Below the pieces are notes generated by a model. That model searched no databases. It saw only the letters and a program-made list of their open reading frames with translations, and was not told where the DNA came from. The translations under genes were made by a program, and so were the position numbers. A DNA stretch of 64,000 bases. Source: Harriotta raleighana (taxonomy: Eukaryota). The stretch covers positions 21,276,244-21,340,243 of the forward strand of contig JBNZDD010013732.1 in assembly GCA_050575255.1 (NCBI GenBank). Reading direction: 5' to 3'. Positions 26,732 to 39,860 of this stretch are shown one piece after another; the first letter of the stretch is position 1; each line of letters starts with the position of its first letter.

Positions 26732-29599
26732 CTGCATGATAAACAATTATGTCAATATGACGGCTGAAAGTCAAAGGGCAACGTAAAGATCTTCATTGTT
26801 TTCTTTCTGCTATCTCTCTAACTAGCAGGGAGCAGACTGTTTTGTCATGCTCAGTCACACTCTCGCAGCTGATGGCTTCTCACACAAGAGTCTTAGTCAA
26901 GGTTGCACACAGCAGGGAATTCCATCCGCAGTGCCAGTTCTCTCCTACTTCCTTCATCCCATATGAACTTTTAAATAAAGCACATCACCAAAGTCACATT
27001 TACCAATACAGCTCGAAATCTACATTTCACTCCCAACGCTCAAGCTTTTGTTTTCCAACTCTCGTTTTTACGATAATCTAACCTTTCACATGAACCAAAC
27101 AGGTTGGTTAAAAACACAACTAAACCAACATAAAACTTCCAATGTAGCAATGCATATTGCAACATTTTTGTTTCCTCCCAAAAATATCAAAAATGAAAGG
27201 GGGACATGAAAAAGATTTTTCACTTGCACCTTTAATTTAGGAGAACATTTACAAGAAAACAACTTTGAACATTTCAAAAACAAAAACTGATTATAACCCA
27301 CTGCCTATATATCAATTGACAGAAGTTGATCACCCAAATCAATTCATACTACAAAAAACTGCTTGCATCTGCATCTTGTTTATATCTGAATGATTGTAGT
27401 CCTTTCTGGAACAATGTTTATTCAATCAACAAGACAATTTATTCAAATAAATAAACAGAACTTTTTTGGCTGCAGCTTTATATAATTGATTTCCCTTGTG
27501 TTACAAGAAAATAGCTGGTCAGGACCATTTTGTCTTGACCAGCTATTTGACCTTATGTGAATGAAAGAGTTAACATCATATGATTCTTTTCTTTAACACA
27601 AGTTTATTTAAGATGCTCTTTCTACATTTCTCTTTTGGGCATATTCAGATTTTCTGACGAATGTCCCTTGGCAGTCTGTCAGGGCGGTCCTACAGTTGAC
27701 AGCATATGAGAGGAACCTCTCTCTCTCCAGGTAAATGGGCGATGTCACAGGGTGCTCTTGCTCGCTCCTCGCCGTTCTTCAATTGAAAGCAGATGGAATT
27801 TTCAACATGACCCCTCTGTGGATGGAGCTCGCTATTAGAATGTTACAGGTTATCTTTTGACCTCCTCGGGCTCAATATTTCAATTGACCCATTTTACATC
27901 AAACCTGACTCAAGGGCACTTTCATTCCCAGTTGCTTTTTAGCAGAGCAGGAAAATATTTAGAAATCCACCCTTGCACTGGAAGTAGAACAACATCTGTC
28001 TTTGTCTACAATTTTAATTTCTTTTCTTACCTGATGCCAACCTTAAAAAAAGGCACAGAAATTAAAATAAAGAGTAATCTTATGTAAATGCCAATCCCAC
28101 TATGATACAAGCCATCTGGATTCAAAAATGCTATAAACAATGCATCAAAAAAATCTGACTTCCAGGTTCTCAGGTCATCGTTTATGCCACTTCCTGCACA
28201 TAGCACTGCCGATGTCACTTCCATCACAAAGTGACATCCTGCTCAAAGCATGTGCACAGACACTATACAGGAAGTGTAGTTACATATGGTTCCTATGTAC
28301 AGCAACTAAGATTGTCCCCATGGTGACCTCAGATCAAAACATCGGCCATTTGTTCGTGTGGGTAGCTGGCAGGTTAACCCAGGAAGATGGGCTTGTCGTA
28401 GCATGCAAACCCAGGCTTAACCAGACCATGTTCTAATTGGACCTTCTGTGCAAGCATCAAACCACAGGCAGTCAGATCACCAAATGTCACAATCTTATTC
28501 CCTCCACTGAAGGAAAAAAATTAGTCCCTGTCTCAACTATGAACCTTGTCTCAGGGATGCATTTTACAGATTCAGTAAATAGCCTCAAGCCAGGACCTTC
28601 CTCCAACACTGATATACACCTTTGACAAAGAAATGGTACTTATTCCAACCGTGAAGATGGGTTGGATTGTCCTACTGCCCTGATTGTTGAGGGGAGAGTG
28701 GTAAATTGGAATTAAGAATTACTTTATAACATTTTGAAATAGACTTGAATTGCGGAAGAAAATATAGAAAACTTGCAAATAGAAAACTGAACAAATATTA
28801 TGTAAATCCAAACCCATTTCTGAATTGCCATAAAACCAATCAACCATATTCCCGAACAGTGATATTCAGCATCTATAGTGAATGGGTAACCTTTCCTTCC
28901 TTCCCTACAGAACTTGAGATAAGCACAGCTTTGAAATAAGAAATGGGTCCACATTACAACATTGAAAGATCATTCCCTGCAGCAGCTACATGATGCATTC
29001 ACTGTACTCTGAGAAAATGACAGTACTAATTAATTACCAATGCACAAGCAGTCCTTTTTAATTCAGCGTCTGTGCAGGAATAAGGATCAAATCCACTTGG
29101 ACAAATGCTTGTCTTGAGACCAGATTAATATTCAAAATCATCATTCTCCCTCCCATTTCCTGACCACTCAATATTCAACCATGGTTTCATATTTACAGAA
29201 GGCATTTATTCTGCTTTATAATGCAGAGTGCAGATGTACAAGTATCCAGATCTCGTGTGAGGGTTGTTAGAGAAAGGGTAAGGAGCAAGCGAGAGCAGAC
29301 ATCGTCTGGCAAACCTGCATTCCTTTGTGCCATTTCAAACCGGTGATTTACCGAAAGGAAAAAAGTCAATTCAAGATGTGTAGTGCTGACTGATGAGTTG
29401 AACAATGATTCTCCCACATGTAAAGCCAGCTGTAAAGGACACAATAGATTTCCTTTTAGGAATCATAAAATATAAATTAGAGCCATTGTTTTCATTCATG
29501 TTTAGAAAACTCAGAATTTGTCAACAGCAGCTATTCTTGTTCACTAGTCTGAACAGTCCCATCTTAGGTTGGTGGACTCAGTGATCTGAAACTGTAGCA

Positions 29600-29710
29600 G
29601 TTCAACTTTCTGGTAACTTGTTCAGTAGTGAATTACCTTCTGGTTAAAGAAATCCTCTTGAAATTGCTCCTTACAACCCTAAACCTGTGTCCTCTTGTTT
29701 CATCCGAAAG
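29600..29710 (-). mobile_element. Short CR1 ORF2 fragment
   Basis: Peptide ETRGHRFRVVRSNFKR matches the CR1 'TRGH' motif. Confidence 0.5.
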
Positions 29711-30539
29711 CACGCAATAAGATCTATGATTTTCAGATGGCTGAACGTATAGATTCATCATAGGATTTACCATTAACCATAAAGATGATTGATAAAATGA
29801 AAAGGTCATTTGTTTCCGTAAACAGCTCATGATGGTTTCTATTGTTGGAGCAATTTTAAAAATATATTAATCCAACAAACATTGAAAGTGGAGTTGATCC
29901 TCCAGCTGGAGGCAGATAGCTACAATGTGTAATTTGCCAGATTGATGTTGGCCTGAAAATCAAACTACAAAGGCCCAAATAGTGTTGATCTGTACTTGGC
30001 TCAGGTAACAACGTTGCTTTCAATCTTCATTATGGTAACATTTTTTATACAATGCCGAGTATGTGCTTATAAGAGCCGACTCCTCTTTTCTCTGCCTTCC
30101 GCTGCCAGAATTGATCGATGTGCCCTGGACTGAAGAGTGTTGGTCTCCTCCATGCCAATGCTCAGCTGGGAATATACTCATGACCAAAGAGCAGCACCAA
30201 TACTCTGGACTAACATCATCATGTTGCCAAGTCTGAGCATGTGTGTGGATCAATGGGTTGCCTAACTCCTCAAAGGGATATTTCTGCCCAGTTAGCACAG
30301 GTAGGAGAGCGTGAGAACCTCAGCTTGATGGCTAGATGCCCAACATTTCAAACTGTGCATCTTTCCTAATGTTTGTACATGCCAAATGGCTTTGATGTTC
30401 ACGCACACATATCAGTCTTGACTGTAGACAAAGGTGAGTTATTTTACTTTTACAGAAAAAATCTCCTACTTAAGCACTTCATTTAAATGACATTTTTCAT
30501 ATGCGGCCCTCGGTCAGAGCTTGCAAGCTTGTACTCAAT

Positions 30540-30798
30540 GAGAGGCATCACAGCAAATATTGTTCCTCTCCTGGCATCAGCAAGGGAAGACTGTCCAGCA
30601 GGGGTCACTGCATGGCAACAAAGAGGAACCTTAGGTTGATCTTTCCTTCCCTAACCCACAGGCATTAAAACCAGTACCTGCTGTACCCGAGCTGGGATCA
30701 ATCAACACAAGACTTGGACATTACACCTGAATCGTCCTGATCTGTATGGTGTAGTTTCCCGTTTGGCAATGGTTTTACAGATTGAGCTATTGGAGCAG
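30540..30798 (-). mobile_element. AmnSINE2-like SINE
   Basis: CCAGCAGGGGTCACTG...TTCCTTCCCTAACCCAC...CCTGATCTGTATGG...GATTGAGCTATTGGAG is the reverse complement of the family head and core. Confidence 0.55.
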
Positions 30799-32934
30799 TA
30801 AATTAATTCTGTACACCTCAGCACTGTGCAAGTAGCCAACTAAACCTTTGTAAAGGAACAAGAAAACACATCTTTGAACAAACAGATGCAAGTTAATCTG
30901 TTTGCACCTGAATCTGTATCTACTTTGCAATTGCAAACATCCAAGAGTGAATTGCCATGGAAGTGTTTAACTGAAGTTATGTGTCACAATCTCTTGGCAG
31001 CATGTATCAGTAGGGCAGGAAATGGATCACTGGATGTCTTTCATCTCTGTGAAGAGGGTGGCTTTGATTAAGTTGGTGAAAGATGAGCAAGATATGAAGC
31101 TCCTCTTTACCCTTTCTCCATTCCCGCATCCTCCCACCACCTCTCACTGTTTTGTGGAATCTAGGAAAAGTCTAACTTTCTGTCAGTGATCTACGCACTG
31201 GGTCAGAGGTTAACAGAAGGTCAAGCTACTGACGAAACTGACACTTGAACGTGCCCTGCTGTGTACCAAGAATCCAACAGGTGGCACGACATCACTGTGC
31301 TTTATGGAACAGAACTGAGTAAAACAAGCTCTATTTAATTAGGGCATAATAAGGAAGATCAACCAAAGGTATGCTGATCTGAAGCAACCAATCAGTCCGA
31401 CTCACTGCTGGATCACACAGAGGACCTACTTTCACAAACATGGGGTTAAAAAGGCATGTTCTGAGGAGAGTTCACGTCTCTGAAAAGTTCCTTGATTCAA
31501 GAAATGTGTCCTAGTCTGGTTCAGCTGTACAACATGTATATTCAGTCCCTCTGTGCCAAGTTGTCAGATGTTTATCTTGAACCTTCAATGTTTTTTTTAC
31601 TTGTTAACCATTCTCATATCCTCTCACCATTTGGCTTTAATATCCTAAATGCTTTTTTAAGCAAACTTCTCTCTGTCCTGACTAATTTCCTCTCCAGACG
31701 ACAGATCAGAGGCTTTCCTCACCACTGTTCCTTTGGACCTGTGAAGCCCCCTCCTAATCCTGCTGCTTGTCTACAATTAATCTTTCCAGTTGCCACATTA
31801 TTAACACTACCACCCACAGACAGAGGATGCCTGAGCTCCGCTGGACACTAACTCCTGCTGCAGAGTCAAAAATGTCAATCAAGCTCCAGCCAGAAAGCTG
31901 CCTGCTGTCAACATCAGAGATTTCATATCCCTCTGGCCTTGCTGATCAAACATTTCTTCCCTGGAAGATTAATTCAGTGTCCCACCCATTTCCTCCCATA
32001 TCCTCTTGCCTTTTAAGTTTATTCAATGACCCATCCTGTATCGGAGGAAGGGGTAGTTGAATGCCCTTAAAAATTGAGCAAACTGAAGCATAAATCCCAT
32101 GTGCTATAACATTTATTTCCCTTCTAAAGATGATCAGATTAGGCACGGCCAACATACTTCTCTTTGATCGTATGTTACAGGGGTTCACACAAATATAATC
32201 GCAAAATGAGGAGCGCATTAATTTGGTCGACAAGGCTACAGTAAACCTACGTAAAAGCGAATCGATTCTCCTTTGTTCAACACCTTTCTGTTCTTTTCTC
32301 GACTGATGGGATGATACTTTGAAAGAGAACTAAACTCCCAGCTCCGCAGTGCCAGCTGTGACCATTTTTGCACATACAATGCACATAATATATTTTTCAG
32401 GCAAGCTGACCAACCTTGAACCAAACATATTTGATCATATTTCCATTAAAAACTTGCAGACCTTATGAATATTACAGGTAGATGTGATGCCACACTCAAT
32501 TATGGGCAGAAGGGGGTGCTGTGTGCAGTGATATATATATTTTTTAAATTCCTATTCTGACCACAAAAATTAATAAAGAGATATAAGGCACAAATGTGAG
32601 TTTCTTGCCCCCTTACAAGATTACCCCAGCAAAGTTATCTGCTGGGAGTTAGTATTTTCTCTCTTGTTTCGTAACTAGTGACAGGTAGGACTATTAAATA
32701 ACCACATATTCCAAACTGTTCAAAATATTCAGAAATATGGTTACGTGTTTACAAAAAAAAAGAATTGTTATATTTGTCCCTGATTATTTAGGTTTGCAAC
32801 TCGTGGAGAGAAATTCCATCTGGGTCTACAGATTTACTCTATTTACAGTGTGTGCAGTTCAGAGTGTCCAGAATTAGGTAAATTCTTTAATGCAGCCTTA
32901 ATTGTGATGCGTTTTTCTTACAATTGTTGTTTTA

Positions 32935-33352
32935 ATCTTTTAATTGTCCTCACTTTCAAGGCTCTTCATTGCCTTGCCCCCTCCTACCTCTGAACTATTG
33001 ACCCCCTATGATCCTGTCCATTCCCTCTATTCAGCAGGCTCTGGCCCACTCCATGTCTGCTGCCCGACCTACCCTAATGTTGGTGGCCAAGCTTTCCACC
33101 TCTCTGCCCCACCCGTTGGAACTCCATTCCACAACAAATAAAAAATAATTCTTACATTTGATATATCCCTTCGCCCTGTTCCCTCCCTTGCCTCCTTTAA
33201 GGCCTGTCTCAAGACCCTCCTTTTTCACTGTGCCTTCAGCTGCGGCCCATACCACATTGCCCTCCCTCATCCGACCATGCCCCCTTCTACCCCATGCTCA
33301 GGTCCTGACCCTGACTGTTCAGTGTCTTGGGACAGCCTCCTGATGTAAATAT
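32935..33352 (+). mobile_element. LINE2 3' fragment
   Basis: GTCCTCACTTTCAAGGCTCTTCATTGCCTTGCCCCCTCCTACCTC...; homologous to 20265-20690. Confidence 0.85.
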
Positions 33353-33484
33353 AGTTCATCAGTGTGACTAAATTTTACAAATTGACAAATTCTACATGCT
33401 CTATAATATAATATAACATAAAGTAAAATCTCTACCTAGGTGGAATTTCTCCCTTCAGGTTAAGATGAATTTGAATAGTAATAC

Positions 33485-33582
33485 AAAATATACAGCCAAT
33501 TCACTTTACAGTATATTGTGTGAAGTACTTTGAGACATCGCAACGACATGGTAAGGCACAATTTCAAATGCAAGGATTATTA
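33485..33582 (+). mobile_element. Deu-SINE 3' tail
   Basis: CAATTCACTTTACAGTATATT...AAATGCAAGGATTATT. Confidence 0.75.
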
Positions 33583-33947
33583 AAATGAATTTTAAACCAT
33601 GTCTATTGTTCTATCCTTACAGATTGAGTGTACTTGGAGTAAAAACAGTTTATCTCACATGGGTGGTGTTTCATGTGTATTGTTCTAGTTTCATGTGTCA
33701 ATGTTGGAACTAACATTTTATAATATAATATATTATACTTTATAATATAATACATATTTCTCTGCATTGCCAATCACAATATTCTCACTTCAAAACAAAT
33801 TACGTAACTATTTAATTCTGCCACTATCCGCTTGTACTCATCCTTTCTATTTGCTTCTAGCAACCTGTTTCCCTTTCATCATCTTTCTTTGTGATTTGCC
33901 CTAACATTTTGTACCCTAATGCACATTTGCTGTTTTCTTTTTGCCCC

Positions 33948-34275
33948 ACAACAATAACATATTACAATTCTATGGCACCTTTCACATCGGGAGGACATCC
34001 CAAGGTGCTGGACAGTCAGGATTTGGACCTGAGCTGTGGTTTGAGATCAGGAAGATGGAAGGCAGGGAGGGTAGAGGTAGGAGGGTGATTGAAGCTGCAG
34101 TCGAAGAGGAGGCTCTTGAGGCAAGCCTTGAAGGAGGAAAGGGAGGGGCAAGACAAAGTAACTTTGGTTGAAATACAAGATGCAAAGGGTAGGGGCAGCA
34201 AGGCTGAAGGCCCAACCACCAATGGTGAGGCAGGCTATGCAGGGCATGGGGCAGGCTACAGCCCACTGAGAGTAG
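33948..34275 (-). mobile_element. LINE2 3' fragment
   Basis: CACCTTTCACATCGGGAGGACATCCCAAGGTGCTG tail; minus-strand SLSSFKACLKSLLF is the LINE2 ORF2 end. Confidence 0.85.
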
Positions 34276-35269
34276 GAAGGGGACAGGTTCTTCTCTGGAC
34301 ATGCTGTTCTTTTCTTTAGCCTTTTCACTAGTTTGTACCTTTTTCTTTAAGATGTGCTCTGCCATTGCAATCTCTCAATTGTGGCTTGTCCTTATTCCTA
34401 ATCATTTAGTCTTCATGATGTGAACAATAAGATGTCCAAAACATTCCATGGAGCAATAATGGAAGATATTACCACAGTAGTCTGTCAAAACATGGATGCA
34501 CATTGTAAAACATTGTGAAACAAAATCCACGAGCCTCTACTCAATAGTCCAAGTGAGATCAAGAGCATGAACTTTGGGGATTTTTCCAAATCATTTTATT
34601 GAGGACCATTGGACCATCTTGGACCATATAATTCAAGAAAAAATGACTGGATTAACTCTGTTTCGAGCAACAGTTCCACAAGAGCTGAATGCTGAAAGTG
34701 ATATCAGTGGAGTAACAGTATGCAGCAAGTCGATGCAAATTCCAACACAAAATTGAAATTTGTACACATTGCTTAGAGGAGAATCTATATTGGGAACATA
34801 ATATTGTAAAAAGAAATCTTCCTTTTCCTTTGCTTCAGTGAATAAATAGCAATATGATTCGCAGGAAATATTTAATATGAAATTGTACACAGTTTACACT
34901 TTTTGTAAAGCAGATCCTGATGAATTGTCACAGTTGTTTGTGTGTGATTGGATGAGGGACTGGACACTATCCATTTCCCTGTTAGCTGAATAACTGATTC
35001 TATTCCTAGTATCCACATCGAATACACTGATTTTTTTAAATTCAGAAGCCATTTTTTTTGCAAACAATCATCTTAACATGACTTTTGACCTGTATTTTTT
35101 CAATGTTTAGATAGTTTAAAATGATTTCTAAGATAGCTAGTAGTTCTATGTTGTTTGCAAACTGGTATGATTCCCCAGAAGATAAGAAAAATGAAATACC
35201 AGTTCAGATATGTCTAATGTTGCCAAAAATACCAATTGAGTTTTGTGACATGAAGTAGATTGAAACAAT

Positions 35270-35610
35270 AATAATTTGCATTTCTATATTGTCCTTCAGG
35301 TGGGATAACGTCTCAGAGATTTTAAGAGTGGAGGCACCTGACACCTTGTGAAAAGCGCTTTATAAAATGCAAGGATTATTAATGTTATTAAGTACGGTTG
35401 AAGAGGCAAGACTTCAGACGGATCATCAAACTCAAACAGAAAATCCCTAATTCCACATTAAGGTGATTGTTCCCTCCCAAAAAGAGGGAAGGAGGGGGCA
35501 AGGCTGAAATGTTGAGGAAAAGAGTTCCAAAGTTTTAGCAAAAGAAAGCATGGCTGCCAATGGTTGAGGCAGTGGGAACGAGGGATAAGCAGCAGGCAAG
35601 AGCCAGCTGA
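35270..35610 (-). mobile_element. Degenerate LINE2 3' fragments
   Basis: Tail-like sequence at 35270-35320 and GAGGGGGCAAGGCTGAA...AGAGTTCCAAAG similar to other minus-strand LINE2 copies. Confidence 0.5.
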
Positions 35611-36439
35611 GCAGACTAATACCTCTTAATGAAGGCATTCAGAGGTATTAGTCCGGATTTTGTTGCTGCTCAATTAATTTTATTGTACAATATTTTGGCA
35701 TTGATCATTAATAATTGATTAAATGATTGAAACCAGTAGAACTAGCTTGTACTGGTTTCAAACTTGCAGCATACTACTGTATTTTGGTACCACGTTCTCT
35801 GCCCTAGATGTACTGGACAACACACTTTACGAGTGTGAGTAACTACCTATGTATCATAATAATTCTTATAAATACTGTAGTACATGCAACTTCCATGTTG
35901 GGGAGTGTTTTATGGGTGAACACGGAAGCAAATTTGCACAAGCAGCCGCAAAGTGAATGACTGATTTTATTGAGTTGGGGGGCAGGGGAGGGCATTGAAA
36001 TGGAAAATTCCTTTGTAAAGGCATACAAAAATAATTGCTAATTTTCCGTAGCAGCAAATTATTGACCCATAAACATACTTTTCTTTCAGTGAGACTAAAG
36101 CACAATCAGAGTTGTCCAATTTTCAAGCACAGGTGAGAAACCTCACACAAGCAATACATTAGAAGCTCTTTGGATAGAAAATACTACTCAAGAAGCAGAA
36201 ATAGTTTCTTTTGGCAGCTGAATCTCCATAATCTGCATCAGTGCAAAAGATCAATGCAGAATACTAGCTGTGAACCTTCACACATTCCTTCTCCTGCCTG
36301 TTTTTTCCAGACAGCTTCACTGCCTGAAACTCTTGTGCACTGAAATGTTTTTGTAGAGTTAACAATCATAGAAATTATAGTGGAAGAGTCCATTCAACCC
36401 ATAGAATCTAAATTGGCTCTTCCAATGGCATTATTATTA

Positions 36440-36568
36440 CTATTGACTGCCAGGTTTTGCAATAAAATGTAGAGTCAATTCACTTCACAGTACATTCTGA
36501 GAAGCACTTTTAAACGGCTCAAGACATGATAAAGCACAGTATGAAATGCAAGGGTTATTATTATTATA
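36440..36568 (+). mobile_element. Deu-SINE 3' half
   Basis: AGTCAATTCACTTCACAGTACATTCTG...AAATGCAAGGG(TTA)n. Confidence 0.75.
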
Positions 36569-36844
36569 AAGTAGGCTAAACCAAAATCCCATCGCCTTTT
36601 CTGCACTTTTAAACAAGAGGAATGTCTGCAACATCAGTTGTTTTGACATATATTTGGATGAATATATTTACAGTATTTAAGTATGTTAATTCATTAACAA
36701 AGAGCAAATGACTCATGATACAACCTAAATATACAAGCAATGAAAGTGACTGATTGAGGAAATGGCAGCAAACCAATAATGAAGGAATTAATACATATGT
36801 AATGATGCAAACAATTCCTGCAATATTTGGTATCAGGCATTTAC

Positions 36845-36949
36845 ATTTTCATCTAAAAACACAGCAACATTGTTTGGATATGCAGAACTCTCCTNCAAAA
36901 TTTTCATCTAAAAACACAGCAACATTGTTTGGATATGCAGAACTCTCCT
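36845..36949. repeat. 50-bp direct duplication across a single N (probable contig-overlap artefact)
   Basis: 36845-36894 = 36900-36949, with N at 36895. Confidence 0.9.
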
Positions 36950-39757
36950 CTCCCTCACCCATACACAAATCTACTCCCTTTCACAAACATTTATTTCAAT
37001 TTTTAATTGGGTTCAGAATACCAAATTTATAGATACATAAAGTACTTTAGAGAATAATTTTGTTCTTTTATATTTGTTTAGAGATTTGAACTTACTATTA
37101 TGATAGAGACAGAGCTTTCTTACCACCATCTGGTTTAGCAATTATATTAAATAATTCTTAAACTGAAATTTTTCCAAGATTGCTTCTTTCTCAGTACAAC
37201 ATAAAAAGTCATGTCTGTTCAGCAGGGCATTCGAACTCTGACATTATTTGACAGAGTTTAATGCTTCAAAGCCTGACTGGCTCCATCAAGTAATCACTAA
37301 TTTGTACAGTGCAGCTGGACTTGAAACTTATTTTTGAAGAACAGGACCTTTCAACAAGAATAATCCCTGGGTCAAGCGAGTTGTTGTAACACAACTCATA
37401 TTTTGTCACTGAAAGCAATAGGCTTATCACAGTGAGTTCACACAATGACCAGCGCACACACTGTGATTTGGTTTGCTGATCTGGTTAGGCTGAAATAAAC
37501 AAAGCTGTAAAGAACATTAGTCCATAAAAAAAATCTATTTAACAACTTAAAAATAAATGTTTAAGTACATTTCCCCCTAATGGCTAAATGCCCTGCTCAT
37601 GGTGGTACTGAGCCAGTCATGTTGGCAAAATTTGAACTTTAACCTGTCCTGAATTATCTGATGAAACCCAAGGTGACAGCTGATTAAAGACCAACACTCG
37701 CCACAGAGAAGTCGTCAACAGTCTGTCCCAGATTCTTGGCTGAATGGCTCAGTTGTGGGAGACCAGAGAATAAATAAAGCCAATGATATAATATATAATC
37801 ATTGAGCGCGTATTTATTTCTAACTATTGTGAGTCGGTGAAATGCAGATCTATCCTGAATATGGATTTGATTTGGGTTAAAAATCCCTTTGCAAAATAAG
37901 TTTGCAGATGAGACACAAAGGACACATCTATATCATCTGGACTAATGCTGGTGCAATCAGAGCAAGCTGTGAAGAGCAGGTCTAGGTGCTCAGAGCACGA
38001 CGATGTGAGTGGGGGGAGGCGGAGGCTAATGAATCCTGATCTAAGCTTGTACATTAGTTTTTAATAATGAAGTTTCATCAGTATTCCAATGAAAAATAAT
38101 TTGAAAAGGACCAACAGATGTGAATACTTGAAATTGTATCTCAACATGATACTTTCTAAATATACATAGGCCAATAGCAGCCTTCTAAAGAAGAAAACTT
38201 ATCTAGAGTTCCTGAAAGTCAAAGATGTACACTTCCCCACCCCTCCTCACACACACACACAATTTCTACTCTGGTGAGCTATCAGGTGTTTCCACCTAAC
38301 AAGCAGCTCCCTTCTTTCACCAAGTTGATGACTCCTTTTTCATCTCGGATCTCTCGGAGACTCATCAAAAACACAATTTAATTACAGCTCCAAAAAGTGT
38401 AAACACAACTTCTTTTTATCTTGTGATACATCTGGACAAGTAGACAATGTGCTAAAACAAAATAAATCTGCCCTGACAGTCACATCAAAGGGTTCAGCCA
38501 AGGGCTTGCAGCTACTTAAGACATTGGAATGTTGTTGCTAGGCATCAGTCTGCAACCTATCAACCCCTTAAAGAAGAGCTTTTTTTTTACAGTTGGGATG
38601 AGAAAAGTGAGAGAGTGGGAACTAGACAGTAAAAAAAAGACTTTGGAATCTCAGGGGGATTTAGAAGCTTAAACTCAGACAAATAAAATTCTTCAGTTTT
38701 CCCACCAAATAAAACTTGGGATTTTTATGGTGAAAGACGAGTTTAGAAACTTGTCGATATTTTCCCAGATAGTGATGCTGTCAGGTTCGAGGGGACACGG
38801 TTCTTGTTAAAACCATGTACTTGCATGTAAGATCAGATGAGAGACAAGGGGAGATGAACAATGTGCTTTCCCCGCACCACTAGAGACTAATGACTGATGG
38901 GAGACATGCATTTGTGACTCTTCAAAACCACTTTATCAGTTGAAAGATGAGTTAATGGGCTTATAGCAGCTCAACTGTGATGGAAAAGTTATTGAAATAA
39001 ATGGTTGCACAACATCCTTTGCATTTCCTTGTATTCAAGATGTGAAAGGAAAGTTCTGCTTAGGAGGGCTGGGAGAAGAAAGAATGTAAACAATAGAAAC
39101 TGGGCTGGGGATATTATTTTGAACTGAAATTTTCAACGTCTTCAATCTCTTGTCAAAAGGTATCACAAGTGTTGCTCTCAACTCACTGCAGGCTACAGGC
39201 AAATTATTTCAGGATTAGCTGGTGCACAAAGAACAAATTAGTTCAAACACCTGAAATAAAATGGAGGTATGTGTCCTGCCTTTGCTCACTGCTTTTATAC
39301 ACCTAAGGGAATCCGTCAAACTGCAGAAAATACGAGAAGTCAACTTTTACACAATAAGTTATAGTTTTCTATTGAAGCAAGCCCTTTTCACGTACATCAA
39401 CTTGACATGTGGAGTTAATCCATCTATTTTACTGCCTTTCCACCTCTTAAATTGGGATGGATGCTAATCCAGTGCTGAAGACACATTACTCAGTAGAATA
39501 ACCCGTCTACAGTTCCAATATTACTGGTGTGTGTGTGTGGGGGGGGGGGGGGGGGGGGGGGGGNCATGCATTAAGAGTAGAAATTACAGGAACTGAGTCT
39601 CAGCTTCCACCAAAAGCCAAGATAAACACACCTGGGTTCTGGTGCAGCACAAGTCCACACAAACTTCAAAGAGGCTGGTTTGAATCCCTCTCTATACCAT
39701 ATTAGCCTATTTCATTCAAGGCACCCACTGCTGAATGTGAATCAGAGACCTTTTCTG

Positions 39758-39860
39758 GAACAAAAACAAAAATCACTGGGAACACTCAGCGGGGCAGGCA
39801 GCATCTATGGAGAAAGTAAAGTGGGTCGACATTTCGGGTCCATGACGCTTTGTCAGAAGC
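39758..39860 (-). mobile_element. Single arm of the palindromic hammerhead-bearing repeat
   Basis: Minus strand CTGACAAAGCGTCATGGACCCGAAATGTCGAC, followed by CTCCATAGATGCTGCC as in 55010-55070. Confidence 0.8.

Noticed and set aside
27716-27736. CTCTCTCTCTCCAG|GTAAAT, resembling a recursive splice site on the + strand
   Set aside because: No evidence for a plus-strand host transcript, the donor is imperfect and the best exon candidate is on the minus strand.
30099-30300. Plus-strand segment between a pyrimidine-rich acceptor and CAG|GTAGGA
   Set aside because: Stop codons in all three frames.
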